A DNA stretch of 34,521 bases from a virus (Duplodnaviria; Caudoviricetes), in the IMG/VR virus record IMGVR_UViG_3300028394_000193, positions 1 to 34,521 of that record; one strand, given 5' to 3'. Positions 1-8,545 of this stretch are shown one piece after another. The position numbers and the translations under genes are program-made. The notes beneath the pieces are model-generated. The model was not told the DNA's origin, did not search any database, and saw nothing but the letters and a program-made list of their open reading frames with translations. How positions within the stretch are numbered: position 1 is the first letter of the stretch; each line of letters opens with the position of its first letter.

Positions 1-2
1 CG

Positions 3-422
3 TCAACAATTACGTCCCGTGGAAGTTTAACTTCTCCAACAACAGATACGCTTAAAGCTGCGCTTTATCTTGCCTCGGCCACAATCAACGCGGCAACAAC
101 TGCGTATACGGCTACTGGTGAAGTAACGGGTACTAACTATACCGCTGGCGGTATAACGGTAACAAACGCAACTGGGCCGTTATCAAGCAACAGTTCAGCT
201 ACTGCTGGTGTGGGGTATTGGACTCCTTCTGGATCATTGGTGTACACAAACGTCACGCTTTCGACGGCGTTTGACACTGTGTTGATTTACAACTCGACGC
301 AAAGTAACAAGGCAATTAGTGTTCATACCTTTGGTTCACAGACTGTGACCGCTGGTACGTTCACGTTGACGATGCCAAGTAACACGACCAGTACCGCATT
401 GCTTCGTTTGGCTACGACTTAA
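3..422 (+). CDS. Phage virion structural protein (5'-truncated by window edge)
   Basis: The frame of the listed 210..422 ORF is open back to position 3 (STITSRGSLTSPTTDTLKAALYLASATINAATTAYTATGEVTGTNYTAGG...LIYNSTQSNKAISVHTFGSQTVTAGTFTL). It is T/S/A/G-rich and lies in the tail gene cluster. Confidence 0.7.
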   Translation, partial: STITSRGSLTSPTTDTLKAALYLASATINAATTAYTATGEVTGTNYTAGGITVTNATGPLSSNSSATAGVGYWTPSGSLVYTNVTLSTAFDTVLIYNSTQSNKAISVHTFGSQTVTAGTFTLTMPSNTTSTALLRLATT

Positions 423-431
423 AGGGTTGTA

Positions 432-725
432 ATGACCGTATCGTTAAAACATGCTTTTGCCAGCGCGAAAGCGGACGGTGCAGACTCGACCCTTGTTCAG
501 CCATCGAATTGGAACGCCGAGCATACCCTTCAATTAGCAACTAATCGGCTTCTTGGTAGGACAACCGCTGGAACGGGTGTAGTAGAAGAGATTTCTGTAG
601 CAGGAAGTCTCACCCTTGCTGGCGGTGTATTAACGGGTACAGGCGGTGGCAGTCCAAACCTTGACGGTGGAACGCCAACAAGTAACTATGGCGGGATTAC
701 CGCGATTGACGGAGGAACGCCATAA
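432..725 (+). CDS. Small tail-fibre-associated structural protein
   Basis: N-terminus KHAFASAKADGADSTLVQPSNWNAEHTL is typical of phage fibre N-termini. It has C-terminal LDGG/IDGG repeats and a TAATG overlap with the next gene. Confidence 0.6.
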   Translation: MTVSLKHAFASAKADGADSTLVQPSNWNAEHTLQLATNRLLGRTTAGTGVVEEISVAGSLTLAGGVLTGTGGGSPNLDGGTPTSNYGGITAIDGGTP

Positions 726-1696
726 TGGCTGTTCAGATTCAGCTTAGAAACGGAACCGCCTCGCAGTGGACCTCTGCTAACCCAACCCTTGCTGTTGGCG
801 AGATGGGCGCTGAGACTGATACCGGAAGATTTAAGATTGGTACAGGCTCAACGGCTTGGAACAGCCTTGGCTATTCACTTGGGGTTGCGTCTAAAGGAAC
901 GTATTCCGGCGCAACGCAATACTATGTAAACGACATTGTTCTATACAACAGTTCAAGTTACATCTGTATCCTAGCCTCGTTAGGTAATCTTCCAACCAAC
1001 GGAACTTATTGGAACCTTTTGGTTCAGGCTGGCGCTGTCTCATCTGTAGCGCAAACATTTACTGGCGGTATTGTTTCGGTTGCCGGTTCTCCAATTACAG
1101 GATCAGGAACGCTGGCTTTGACGGTCGCTGGCACTAGCGGCGGTGTTCCTTATTTTTCAAGCAGTAGTGCTTGGGCATCCTCGGCTGCGTTGGCAGCTAA
1201 TGCTCTGGTTATTGGTGGAGGTGCTGGCGCGGCCCCTGCAACGACTACAACTGGGACTGGCGTTCTTACATTCTTGGGAACCCCGTCAAGTGCCAATCTG
1301 TTGTCAGCTATGACTGATGAGACTGGCACTGGTTTGCTGGTATTTAATAGCGCCCCTGCGTTGACCAACCCAACGGTTACGAACTACGTTGAGACGCTTC
1401 ACTCGGCCAATACCGGCACAGCAATTACAGTTGATTTAACAAACGGTACGGTTCAGAACCTGACGCTGACGGGTAACGCCACAATCACGATGCCCACGGC
1501 GGTAGCGGGTAAGTCATTCATTATCATCTTGTCTCAAGACGGAACTGGCGGCAGAACGGTTACTTGGTCAACTGTATCTTGGCCTTCTGCTACAGCGCCA
1601 ACAGTCACCAGCACCGCGAGCAAACGGGATATTTTCTCGTTCTTCTCTAATGGATCAAGCTGGTTTGGAACCACTATCGGCCAGAACTACACATAA
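725..1696 (+). CDS. Tail fibre protein with Mtd_N (major tropism determinant N-terminal-like) domain
   Basis: QIQLRNGTASQWTSANPTLAVGEMGAETDTGRFKIGTGSTAWNSLGY matches the Mtd_N/hyaluronidase-N pattern. The body is G/T/S-rich. Confidence 0.8.
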   Translation: MAVQIQLRNGTASQWTSANPTLAVGEMGAETDTGRFKIGTGSTAWNSLGYSLGVASKGTYSGATQYYVNDIVLYNSSSYICILASLGNLPTNGTYWNLLVQAGAVSSVAQTFTGGIVSVAGSPITGSGTLALTVAGTSGGVPYFSSSSAWASSAALAANALVIGGGAGAAPATTTTGTGVLTFLGTPSSANLLSAMTDETGTGLLVFNSAPALTNPTVTNYVETLHSANTGTAITVDLTNGTVQNLTLTGNATITMPTAVAGKSFIIILSQDGTGGRTVTWSTVSWPSATAPTVTSTASKRDIFSFFSNGSSWFGTTIGQNYT

Positions 1697-3663
1697 TGTT
1701 TGCTGCATCTAAATCAAGCCGAGTAGCGGCGGTTGCTACGGACCCGTTTTTTCCGTATGTCCCGTTGCTGTTAAATACAACCAGCACTAACGGGCAGCAG
1801 AACAACACGTTCTTAGATTCTTCAACGAACAACTTCACCATTACCCGCAACGGAACGCCGACGCAGGGTTCTGTGACTCCGTATTGGCCTAATGGGTATT
1901 GGAGTAACTTTTTTAGTGGAACTACTCAATATGTTAGTGTTGGTGGAACCACATCTTTATCTGCAAATTTTACAATAGAGTTTTGGTTTTTTCCAACTGC
2001 TTCTGCAAATAGTAATTTTTTTGGTATAGATGACACGCAAAATCCAAACTCTTTAGCCTGCACATATAATGCAGGTGGCCCAACTATTAATGTTTTTGCT
2101 GATGCGGGAACCCCAATTAGCGGCGGCGCCCCATTAGTTTTAAATTCTTGGAATCATGTAGCATTGGTTAGAAGCGGTTCTACTGTAACCGTATATGTAA
2201 ATGGGGTTCAAAAAGCTACTGGTAGCGTCCCCAATGCCATTAGCGGCTCCTTGCAAATTGGAAGATGGTTAGATTCCGGGTCATACACAAATGGTATTAC
2301 TGGGTACCTATCTAATTTTAAGGTTTCAAATACCAACATATATAGTGGAAGCACTTTTTCTGTTCCAACTTCTCCATTAACATCTTCTGCAAATACTTTA
2401 TTACTAACCTTACAAGACAACAGGGTAAAAGACAATTCTTCAAGTCCAAAAACATTAACTGTTTCTGGTTCCCCCCGAACCCAAGCATTCCAGCCGTTCT
2501 CACCAACGGCTTCCTACACTGCTGCGGCGTATGGGGGAAGTGGGTATTTTAATGGCAGTACGGACTACTTGAGTTTGGCAAGCAGTGCCGCTTTTGGTGT
2601 TGGAACCGGAGATCTAACAATTGAAGCGTGGGTTTACTGCACTTCTTTGTCTAATGTGTATCAAGGAATTATTTCAACAAGGGTTGAAACACCTGCAAAT
2701 TACCCCGGTCTTGGTTTGGTGATTGACAATAGCAGAATACAATTTACTATCTTAAATTTAAGCGGAGCTTTGACTGATAGTGCAAACATTCCATTAAACC
2801 AATGGGTTCATGTTGCTGGAGTTAGGTCCGGAACAAATGCGGCCTTGTTTGTAAACGGGGTAAGAAAGGCATCTGGCACAAACTCAGAAAACGGGACTGC
2901 GGCCACTCTTGTTATTGGAAGATATTACACCGGGTCTAATAATTACTATATAAACGGTAATCTTTCTAACATTCGATTGGTCAAGGGAACGGCGGTTTAT
3001 GACCCAACTCTAACCACTCTTACCGTTCCAACAACACCGCTAACAGCAATCACCAACACCAGCCTCTTGACCAACTTCACCAACGCGGGGATCTACGACG
3101 CTGCGGTGCAGAACAATGTGATTACAGTTGGAGACGCTCAGGCGTCAACCACGCAGTCTAAGTGGCCTCCGACAAGCATGAAGTTTGATGGGACTGGAGA
3201 CTGGTTGACTGCTATAGACAATCCGCAGCTTCAGCTTGGTACGGGCGATTTTACGATTGACGGATGGCTGTACCTGTCTGCAAACGGCGTTGTTTACGGG
3301 CTTGTCAGCAAGGGAACGGCGACAACGGGATGGTCGGTCAACGTAACAGTATTAAACAAACTTCAGTTTAGCTATACGGCGTCCAACTTGACTGGCACAA
3401 CAACATTAGCCACAGGCACTTGGTATTATTTTGCTGTTGTTCGATCTGGTAGTGCAACCGGAAACCTCAAGGTTTATCTAAACGGATCGGTTGAAGCAAC
3501 TAGCGGCGGCGCTGTGACGGACAACTTTAACCAAACAAATATTCTGTATGTTGGTGCGGATCGGGTTGGCGCAATGCCTGTAAACGGATACTTGCAAGAC
3601 GTTCGGATTACCAAATACGCACGCACCATCACGACGCCAACAGCAGCATTCTTTACGAGGTAA
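1696..3663 (+). CDS. Tail adhesin with three ConA-like/LamG (Laminin_G_3) domains
   Basis: Three repeats of the form FTIE.W...W.HVA.VR.G....L(F/Y)VNG...L.IG...GY(L)..(I/V)R(I/V). It is translationally coupled (TAATG). Confidence 0.85.
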   Translation: MFAASKSSRVAAVATDPFFPYVPLLLNTTSTNGQQNNTFLDSSTNNFTITRNGTPTQGSVTPYWPNGYWSNFFSGTTQYVSVGGTTSLSANFTIEFWFFPTASANSNFFGIDDTQNPNSLACTYNAGGPTINVFADAGTPISGGAPLVLNSWNHVALVRSGSTVTVYVNGVQKATGSVPNAISGSLQIGRWLDSGSYTNGITGYLSNFKVSNTNIYSGSTFSVPTSPLTSSANTLLLTLQDNRVKDNSSSPKTLTVSGSPRTQAFQPFSPTASYTAAAYGGSGYFNGSTDYLSLASSAAFGVGTGDLTIEAWVYCTSLSNVYQGIISTRVETPANYPGLGLVIDNSRIQFTILNLSGALTDSANIPLNQWVHVAGVRSGTNAALFVNGVRKASGTNSENGTAATLVIGRYYTGSNNYYINGNLSNIRLVKGTAVYDPTLTTLTVPTTPLTAITNTSLLTNFTNAGIYDAAVQNNVITVGDAQASTTQSKWPPTSMKFDGTGDWLTAIDNPQLQLGTGDFTIDGWLYLSANGVVYGLVSKGTATTGWSVNVTVLNKLQFSYTASNLTGTTTLATGTWYYFAVVRSGSATGNLKVYLNGSVEATSGGAVTDNFNQTNILYVGADRVGAMPVNGYLQDVRITKYARTITTPTAAFFTR

Positions 3664-3665
3664 TT

Positions 3666-4082
3666 ATGCAACTCGCCAATCAAGATCTGGTCATAAAAGA
3701 CCACACTGAGTGGTTCCCCAACACATCGTTTGGTGACCGTGGTCCAGCTTTTGATTGGATTGCCGAGCAGGGCTACTACGTTATCACGGTGTGGAAACCC
3801 TACGACCACAACACAGAGAAGCTGGTATCTGCTGCCCCGCATCTGTATGACGGGATGTGCTGCATCGTTGACGTTGAGCCGCTGACTGTTGAAGAACTTC
3901 AATCACGTATTGATACCCAGTGGCAGGTGATTCGTAACCAGCGCAATCAGCTACTCAAGGATACGGACTGGACGCAGGTGGCAGATGCTCCGGTAGACAA
4001 AGCAAAATGGGCTACTTACCGACAGGCACTTCGTGATATAACTCTACAATCTGACCCGTTTAAAATTGACTGGCCTAAATAG
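3666..4082 (+). CDS. Tail fibre assembly chaperone (Phage_tail_APC-like C-terminus)
   Basis: C-terminal WQVIRNQRNQLLKDTDWTQVADAP...WATYRQALRDIT...IDWP motif, directly after a fibre gene. Confidence 0.85.
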   Translation: MQLANQDLVIKDHTEWFPNTSFGDRGPAFDWIAEQGYYVITVWKPYDHNTEKLVSAAPHLYDGMCCIVDVEPLTVEELQSRIDTQWQVIRNQRNQLLKDTDWTQVADAPVDKAKWATYRQALRDITLQSDPFKIDWPK

Positions 4083-4092
4083 TAGTTGAGTC

Positions 4093-5310
4093 ATGGCCGC
4101 AGCGTTTCAATCAACTGCGTTTGAACCGACTGCGTTTGAGGTTGGAAATGCGGTAATAGTTGCTCTAACCGGGGTTCAAGCCTCTGGTTTTGTTGCCACT
4201 GCTGACCCTTCATTATCGGTTGCGCTAACTAGCGTACTGGCTTCTGGCACTACAGGGGTCTTAAATACTGGCCGGTCACTAGATTCTGTTGCGGCTTCCG
4301 GCTCGGTCGGCAATGTTGCGTCTTCCATATCCGTAGCAATTACGGGGAATGAAGGTTCTGGTGAAGTTAATACTGTATCTTTACCCGGCAGCGCAGCACT
4401 AGAGCATGTGCTTGCTGATGGTTTTGTTGGGCAAGTTGGCTCTGAAAGAATAGTTGCTATTACCGGGACATCGGCTTCCGTTGCAGTTAGTTCTGTAGAT
4501 TTAAACCAGTCGGCGGATCTTCCATCTGTTTTTGCTGATGGTGCGCCCGGAAACGTAACGGTTGCCAACCGAGATATTGCGCTTACTGGAGATTTGGCTT
4601 CTGGATTTGTTAATACACCCGTAGCAAATACAAGCGTTGGGCTATCGGGAACAGCCGCATCCGGGTCAGTTGGGGACGTAAAGTTTACGCCGGGGTTGAC
4701 GGGGGTTCTTGCGTCAGGTTTAGTTTTAGCTGTTAACCCCTCAATTGAAGTTGCCCTGTCAGGAGTTTCTGCTTCCGGGGAAACTGGCAATATAGCTTTC
4801 TCTTTACTTCTAACAAGTAACAGTGCAAATGGATTTGTTAACGAGACTCAATCAGGGACTTCAATTGGTCTAACCGGAAACGCAGCTACAGCATCTGTCA
4901 ATTCAATAGGCTACACAGTTGCTTTATCTGGCGTATCTGCCTCTGGCAGTGTTAACAATGTTACCCCCGCATCAGATGCCGCTGGAACACAGGCTGCGGG
5001 GTCAGTTGGGAATACAGGGGTAAGCCAAACGATTTTGTTAACCGGGGCATCGGCAAGTGGTTCTGTTGGCACTGTAATTGCAGAAATTTTTTACGGGGCT
5101 GTTATTTCTGGCGTAGCTGCTAGTGGGTCCGTACAATCAGTTTCGATTGGTGCGCGGCTTATTGCTATTACGGGATGCCCTGCTTTGGGTCAGATTGGTA
5201 CTATATACCCAATGAATTGGATGGTCATTAACGATAATCAGAATCCAAATTGGGTTGATATAAATGATACTCAGTCTCCTAATTGGCAACTTGTCGAAGA
5301 CTTACAATAA
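4093..5310 (+). CDS. Repetitive beta-rich virion fibre-like protein (acidic paralogue)
   Basis: About 20-aa degenerate repeats LTGVxASGxVGxV, and C-terminal W..I.D.Q.PNW repeats. Confidence 0.65.
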   Translation: MAAAFQSTAFEPTAFEVGNAVIVALTGVQASGFVATADPSLSVALTSVLASGTTGVLNTGRSLDSVAASGSVGNVASSISVAITGNEGSGEVNTVSLPGSAALEHVLADGFVGQVGSERIVAITGTSASVAVSSVDLNQSADLPSVFADGAPGNVTVANRDIALTGDLASGFVNTPVANTSVGLSGTAASGSVGDVKFTPGLTGVLASGLVLAVNPSIEVALSGVSASGETGNIAFSLLLTSNSANGFVNETQSGTSIGLTGNAATASVNSIGYTVALSGVSASGSVNNVTPASDAAGTQAAGSVGNTGVSQTILLTGASASGSVGTVIAEIFYGAVISGVAASGSVQSVSIGARLIAITGCPALGQIGTIYPMNWMVINDNQNPNWVDINDTQSPNWQLVEDLQ

Positions 5311-5322
5311 CGAGGTGATTTG

Positions 5323-6510
5323 GTGAGTTTGGGTTGGGGCGACAGTACATGGGGTGCAAATGGCTGGGGTGGCACTCGTGCTGCAACCAGCAACCTTGCG
5401 TCTGGAACCCTTGGAACTTTTGGGAAAAGTCAGACAGTAGCTTTAAACTCGGCTATTGCAAACGGGGCAGTAAACACAACAGCTTCAATCAAATCAAAAG
5501 CTTTAACATCTAGCCTCGCTTCCGGTTCAATTGGAACAGTCACAACCAGCCGTTCATTAGCTTTAACATCTGCTTTAACAACTTATGGCTGGGGTGACAA
5601 TACATGGGGGGCAGGTGGTTGGGGTGGAATACTACCAAACGCCTTAGTATCTTCTGTTGTTGCAACTTATTCTTTCCCACTAACTGGGTTAGAGGCTTCT
5701 GGGACTGTTGGATACGTTACAAGATCTCCGGCATTAACAAATGTTCTTGGATCTGGGTTTGTAGGTAGCGTAACGACAAGTAGGGTTGTTGGTTTAAATG
5801 GAACTAGCGCAACTGGGGCGGTAGGTTTTGTATCCAAGTTAATTCAAATAACGGCTGTGTTGACATCGGGTACGGTTGGTAGCATAACCACATCCAGATC
5901 GTTAGGTTTAAACAGCACATTAGCAACCGGGACAATGGGCAATGTAGGTTTAAATTTAAGCAAAGCTCTTACAAATGTAATTGCAAACGGAGCGGTCAAT
6001 TCTGTATCTCCAACTCAGTTTTTAACGAATGTACTGGCAACAGGTTTGATCGGAACAGTTAAAGGTTCTGTTAGCCCATCTTTAATTGGCGCTCAGGCAA
6101 ATGGGTTTGCTGGGGATATAACGTCAAGCCCAACCATCCAGTTGTCTAGTGCGTCGGCTTCGGGACTAGTTGGAAAGTTGGTTGCCGCGCCACCTTTAAA
6201 CAACGTTCGTGCGTCTGGACTTGTTGTGGCTCCGGGGGTTACAATATCAATGCCCATTAGTGGAGTTGATTCGCTGGGGTCCGCTGGGTCTATGAGAGTA
6301 GGCGTAAACATACAGGGTGTGGCAGCAACCGGCGGTGCTGGCAATGTGGTATTTAACAAAGTTTTTCAGTTATCCGGAGTGTCAGCAAGAGGTGATGTAG
6401 GCAACATGGGATACCGTTATTGGGTAAACATTGACGATACTCAGACACCCAATTGGACACCCATTGACAACCAAGAATCGCCATTCTGGACGGAAATCAC
6501 GACAATTTAA
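5323..6510 (+). CDS. Repetitive beta-rich virion fibre-like protein (basic paralogue)
   Basis: Same repeat unit and C-terminal W..ID..Q.PNW motif as the upstream gene. SD GAGGTGA at 5312-5318 favours GTG 5323 over TTG 5320 as the start. Confidence 0.65.
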   Translation: MSLGWGDSTWGANGWGGTRAATSNLASGTLGTFGKSQTVALNSAIANGAVNTTASIKSKALTSSLASGSIGTVTTSRSLALTSALTTYGWGDNTWGAGGWGGILPNALVSSVVATYSFPLTGLEASGTVGYVTRSPALTNVLGSGFVGSVTTSRVVGLNGTSATGAVGFVSKLIQITAVLTSGTVGSITTSRSLGLNSTLATGTMGNVGLNLSKALTNVIANGAVNSVSPTQFLTNVLATGLIGTVKGSVSPSLIGAQANGFAGDITSSPTIQLSSASASGLVGKLVAAPPLNNVRASGLVVAPGVTISMPISGVDSLGSAGSMRVGVNIQGVAATGGAGNVVFNKVFQLSGVSARGDVGNMGYRYWVNIDDTQTPNWTPIDNQESPFWTEITTI

Positions 6511-6518
6511 GGATTGAC

Positions 6519-7718
6519 ATGGCAACTACAAACTACACCTCTCTTCTCGGGCTTGCTCTTCCTACCCAAGGTGATCTATCTGGGCAGTGGGGTAATGAGG
6601 TCAATAACTACATAACAACTTATTTAGATTCTGCGATTGCGGGGCAGTTGGCGATTTCGCTGACGGGTAACTTAACTCTTACCAAAGCCACAGGCACAAG
6701 TCTTAGCTCTACGTCATCCCAGTATGCGATTCTGAACGTAACGCCCAGTGCAAGTACATGGACGATCACCGTCCCAGCGGCGAGTCAGATTTACCATATC
6801 AACAACCTGTCGAGCACCCACACCTTTACGATTAAAGCGTCAGGACAAACCGGCTTTGTGGTTGCTGCTGCTGAGAAATGCGTTGTTGCATATAACGGCA
6901 CTGACTTTGTTCGCGTAGGCAGCACATCTGTCTTTGGTGCGCCAAGCACGGCGATGACGCTGGACGCCTCCGGTAACCTGCTGGTCGGGGAAACGTCAGC
7001 CAAATACTCTGCTGCAAATCGTGGCTTGATTGAGGTCAACGGAACAAGCTCTGCTTTACTTGGTTTATCCGTAAACAACACTGCCGCCGGTTATTTGTCT
7101 AGTAATGGTGTAAGTGTATCTGTTGGTGCCCCACCGGGGTACAACATACTATTTGACATCAACGGCGAAAAGATGCGCCTCGACTCCTCCGGCAACCTGC
7201 TGGTGGGGAAAACAGTAACTAGCGACTCAACGGTTGGAAATGTAATTGCTCCAACTTACATTTTTGCAACGCGAGACGGAGCAGCACCTTTAAATCTTCG
7301 TCGATTGACTGACGACGGTGAAATTGTTACGTTTTTTAGCCGAACTAATGGTGGTGTAAGCGGTACTATTTCTATTACGTCCACAACAACAGCATATAAC
7401 ACATCTTCAGACTACCGACTTAAAGAAAACATCCAGCCGATGCAAAACGCATTGGCTAAAGTTGATGCGCTTAAACCCGTTACTTACAACTGGAAATTAA
7501 ACGGTTCTGACGGTGAGGGTTTCATTGCACATGAACTTGCTGAAGTTTGCCCCCATGCCGTGACTGGTGAAAAAGATGCAGTCAACGAAGACGGTTCTAT
7601 TAAGTCCCAAGGTATTGACACATCATTCCTTGTAGCCACCCTGACTGCTGCTTTGCAAGAAGCGCATAGTTTGATTAAAGACCTGCAAATCCGTGTATCT
7701 CAACTGGAGGCCAAATAA
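6519..7718 (+). CDS. Tail fibre with C-terminal peptidase S74 intramolecular chaperone
   Basis: SSDYRLKENIQPM...LKPVTYNWK...GFIAHELAEVCPHAV...LTAALQE plus a terminal coiled coil. SD AAGGA at 6509-6513. Confidence 0.9.
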   Translation: MATTNYTSLLGLALPTQGDLSGQWGNEVNNYITTYLDSAIAGQLAISLTGNLTLTKATGTSLSSTSSQYAILNVTPSASTWTITVPAASQIYHINNLSSTHTFTIKASGQTGFVVAAAEKCVVAYNGTDFVRVGSTSVFGAPSTAMTLDASGNLLVGETSAKYSAANRGLIEVNGTSSALLGLSVNNTAAGYLSSNGVSVSVGAPPGYNILFDINGEKMRLDSSGNLLVGKTVTSDSTVGNVIAPTYIFATRDGAAPLNLRRLTDDGEIVTFFSRTNGGVSGTISITSTTTAYNTSSDYRLKENIQPMQNALAKVDALKPVTYNWKLNGSDGEGFIAHELAEVCPHAVTGEKDAVNEDGSIKSQGIDTSFLVATLTAALQEAHSLIKDLQIRVSQLEAK

Positions 7719-8041
7719 TGGCAACTGTATTTAACTGGAAAATTGAGCAACTCAACTGCTACCCCCAAGCCGAAGGGCAGACGGATGTAGTGTTCACCGT
7801 TCACTGGCGCTTGACCGGCACAGACGGAACCTACTCTGGCACGGTCTACTCGACCTGCGGTGTAACCTATGTAGCTGGTACACCATACACGCCCTACGCT
7901 GATCTGACGCAAGACCAAGTGCTTGGATGGATCTGGGCTAACGGTGTAGACAAAGACTCTGCCGAAGCTGCTGTACAGACGCAGATTAACAATCAGATCA
8001 ACCCCCCTGTCGTTTCACCTCAACTTCCTTGGATTAACTAA
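7718..8041 (+). CDS. Small conserved phage protein following the S74 fibre (probable fibre-associated)
   Basis: MATVFNWKIEQLNCYP...VVFTVHW...PYADLTQDQVLGW...LPW pattern, with TAATG coupling. Confidence 0.65.
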   Translation: MATVFNWKIEQLNCYPQAEGQTDVVFTVHWRLTGTDGTYSGTVYSTCGVTYVAGTPYTPYADLTQDQVLGWIWANGVDKDSAEAAVQTQINNQINPPVVSPQLPWIN

Positions 8042-8185
8042 ATGGATAACATCACTCTTACCCTGACCCTGACGCAAATCAACATCATCATGGCTGCTCT
8101 GGGCAAAGCCCCTTACGAAGCGGTTGCTGATGTTGTTCAGGCAATCCGTGAACAGGCAGTGCCGCAAGTGCCAAAACAAGATTGA
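8042..8185 (+). CDS. Small helical phage protein (47 aa, not in ORF track)
   Basis: ATG immediately after the preceding stop. Reads MDNITLTLTLTQINIIMAALGKAPYEAVADVVQAIREQAVPQVPKQD. Confidence 0.7.
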   Translation: MDNITLTLTLTQINIIMAALGKAPYEAVADVVQAIREQAVPQVPKQD

Positions 8186-8222
8186 AAGTAACTCTGTTGT
8201 CTTACGCACTCGGTAAAATACC

Positions 8223-8240
8223 GGCGGGCATCCGCCCGTC
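8223..8240 (+). promoter_or_regulatory. GC-rich hairpin upstream of the acidic ORF
   Basis: GGCGGGC-ATCC-GCCCGTC forms a 7-bp stem with one G:U pair. There is no U-tract. Confidence 0.35.
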
Positions 8241-8257
8241 TAACCCCGGAGATTTCC

Positions 8258-8470
8258 ATGAAAGACCAAATTATTGAAATTCTTGAAGGCTCTGAGCCTA
8301 TCGATGCGCTGAACGTTCTGTTTTCCGCTGTCTACGCAGTTGCTTCGGCAAACGGCGTAAGCGAGTTCACGTTGAGCAGCCTCTTCTCTTCTAACATCGA
8401 AGCTCAATTTGAGATTGACGCCGAGAAAGAAGAAGAAGAAGAAGAAGAAGACGAGCAAACTGACGACTAA
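8258..8470 (+). CDS. Small acidic protein with poly-Glu tail
   Basis: SD GGAGA upstream. The C-terminus EKEEEEEEEDEQTDD is encoded by a GAA run. Confidence 0.7.
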   Translation: MKDQIIEILEGSEPIDALNVLFSAVYAVASANGVSEFTLSSLFSSNIEAQFEIDAEKEEEEEEEDEQTDD

Positions 8471-8545
8471 CACCCCGGTAGGGGTGTCATTGTGCCCTCA
8501 CAATACTGTGATATTAGCTGGGTTCCCCAATAAGGAACCCAGCTA
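8470..8545 (+). promoter_or_regulatory. Structured intergenic leader, including a 12-bp hairpin occluding the RBS/start of the phosphoesterase
   Basis: Hairpins are ACACCCC-GGTA-GGGGTGT (8470-8487), ATTGTG-CCCT-CACAAT (8489-8504) and TAGCTGGGTTCC-CCAATAA-GGAACCCAGCTA (8515-8545). The last covers the GGA of the SD and the A of ATG. Confidence 0.7.

Noticed and set aside
725-3663. Diversity-generating retroelement suggested by the Mtd_N domain
   Set aside because: No reverse transcriptase and no adenine-variable TR/VR repeat pair is visible in the window. Mtd_N alone is a common fibre anchor.
8427-8450. GAA trinucleotide run as a phase-variation tract
   Set aside because: It is an in-frame triplet repeat encoding poly-Glu, so slippage would not switch expression.
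8223-8487. Hairpins at 8223-8240 and 8470-8487 as intrinsic terminators
   Set aside because: Neither has a U-tract on either strand, so they are kept only as unspecified structures.
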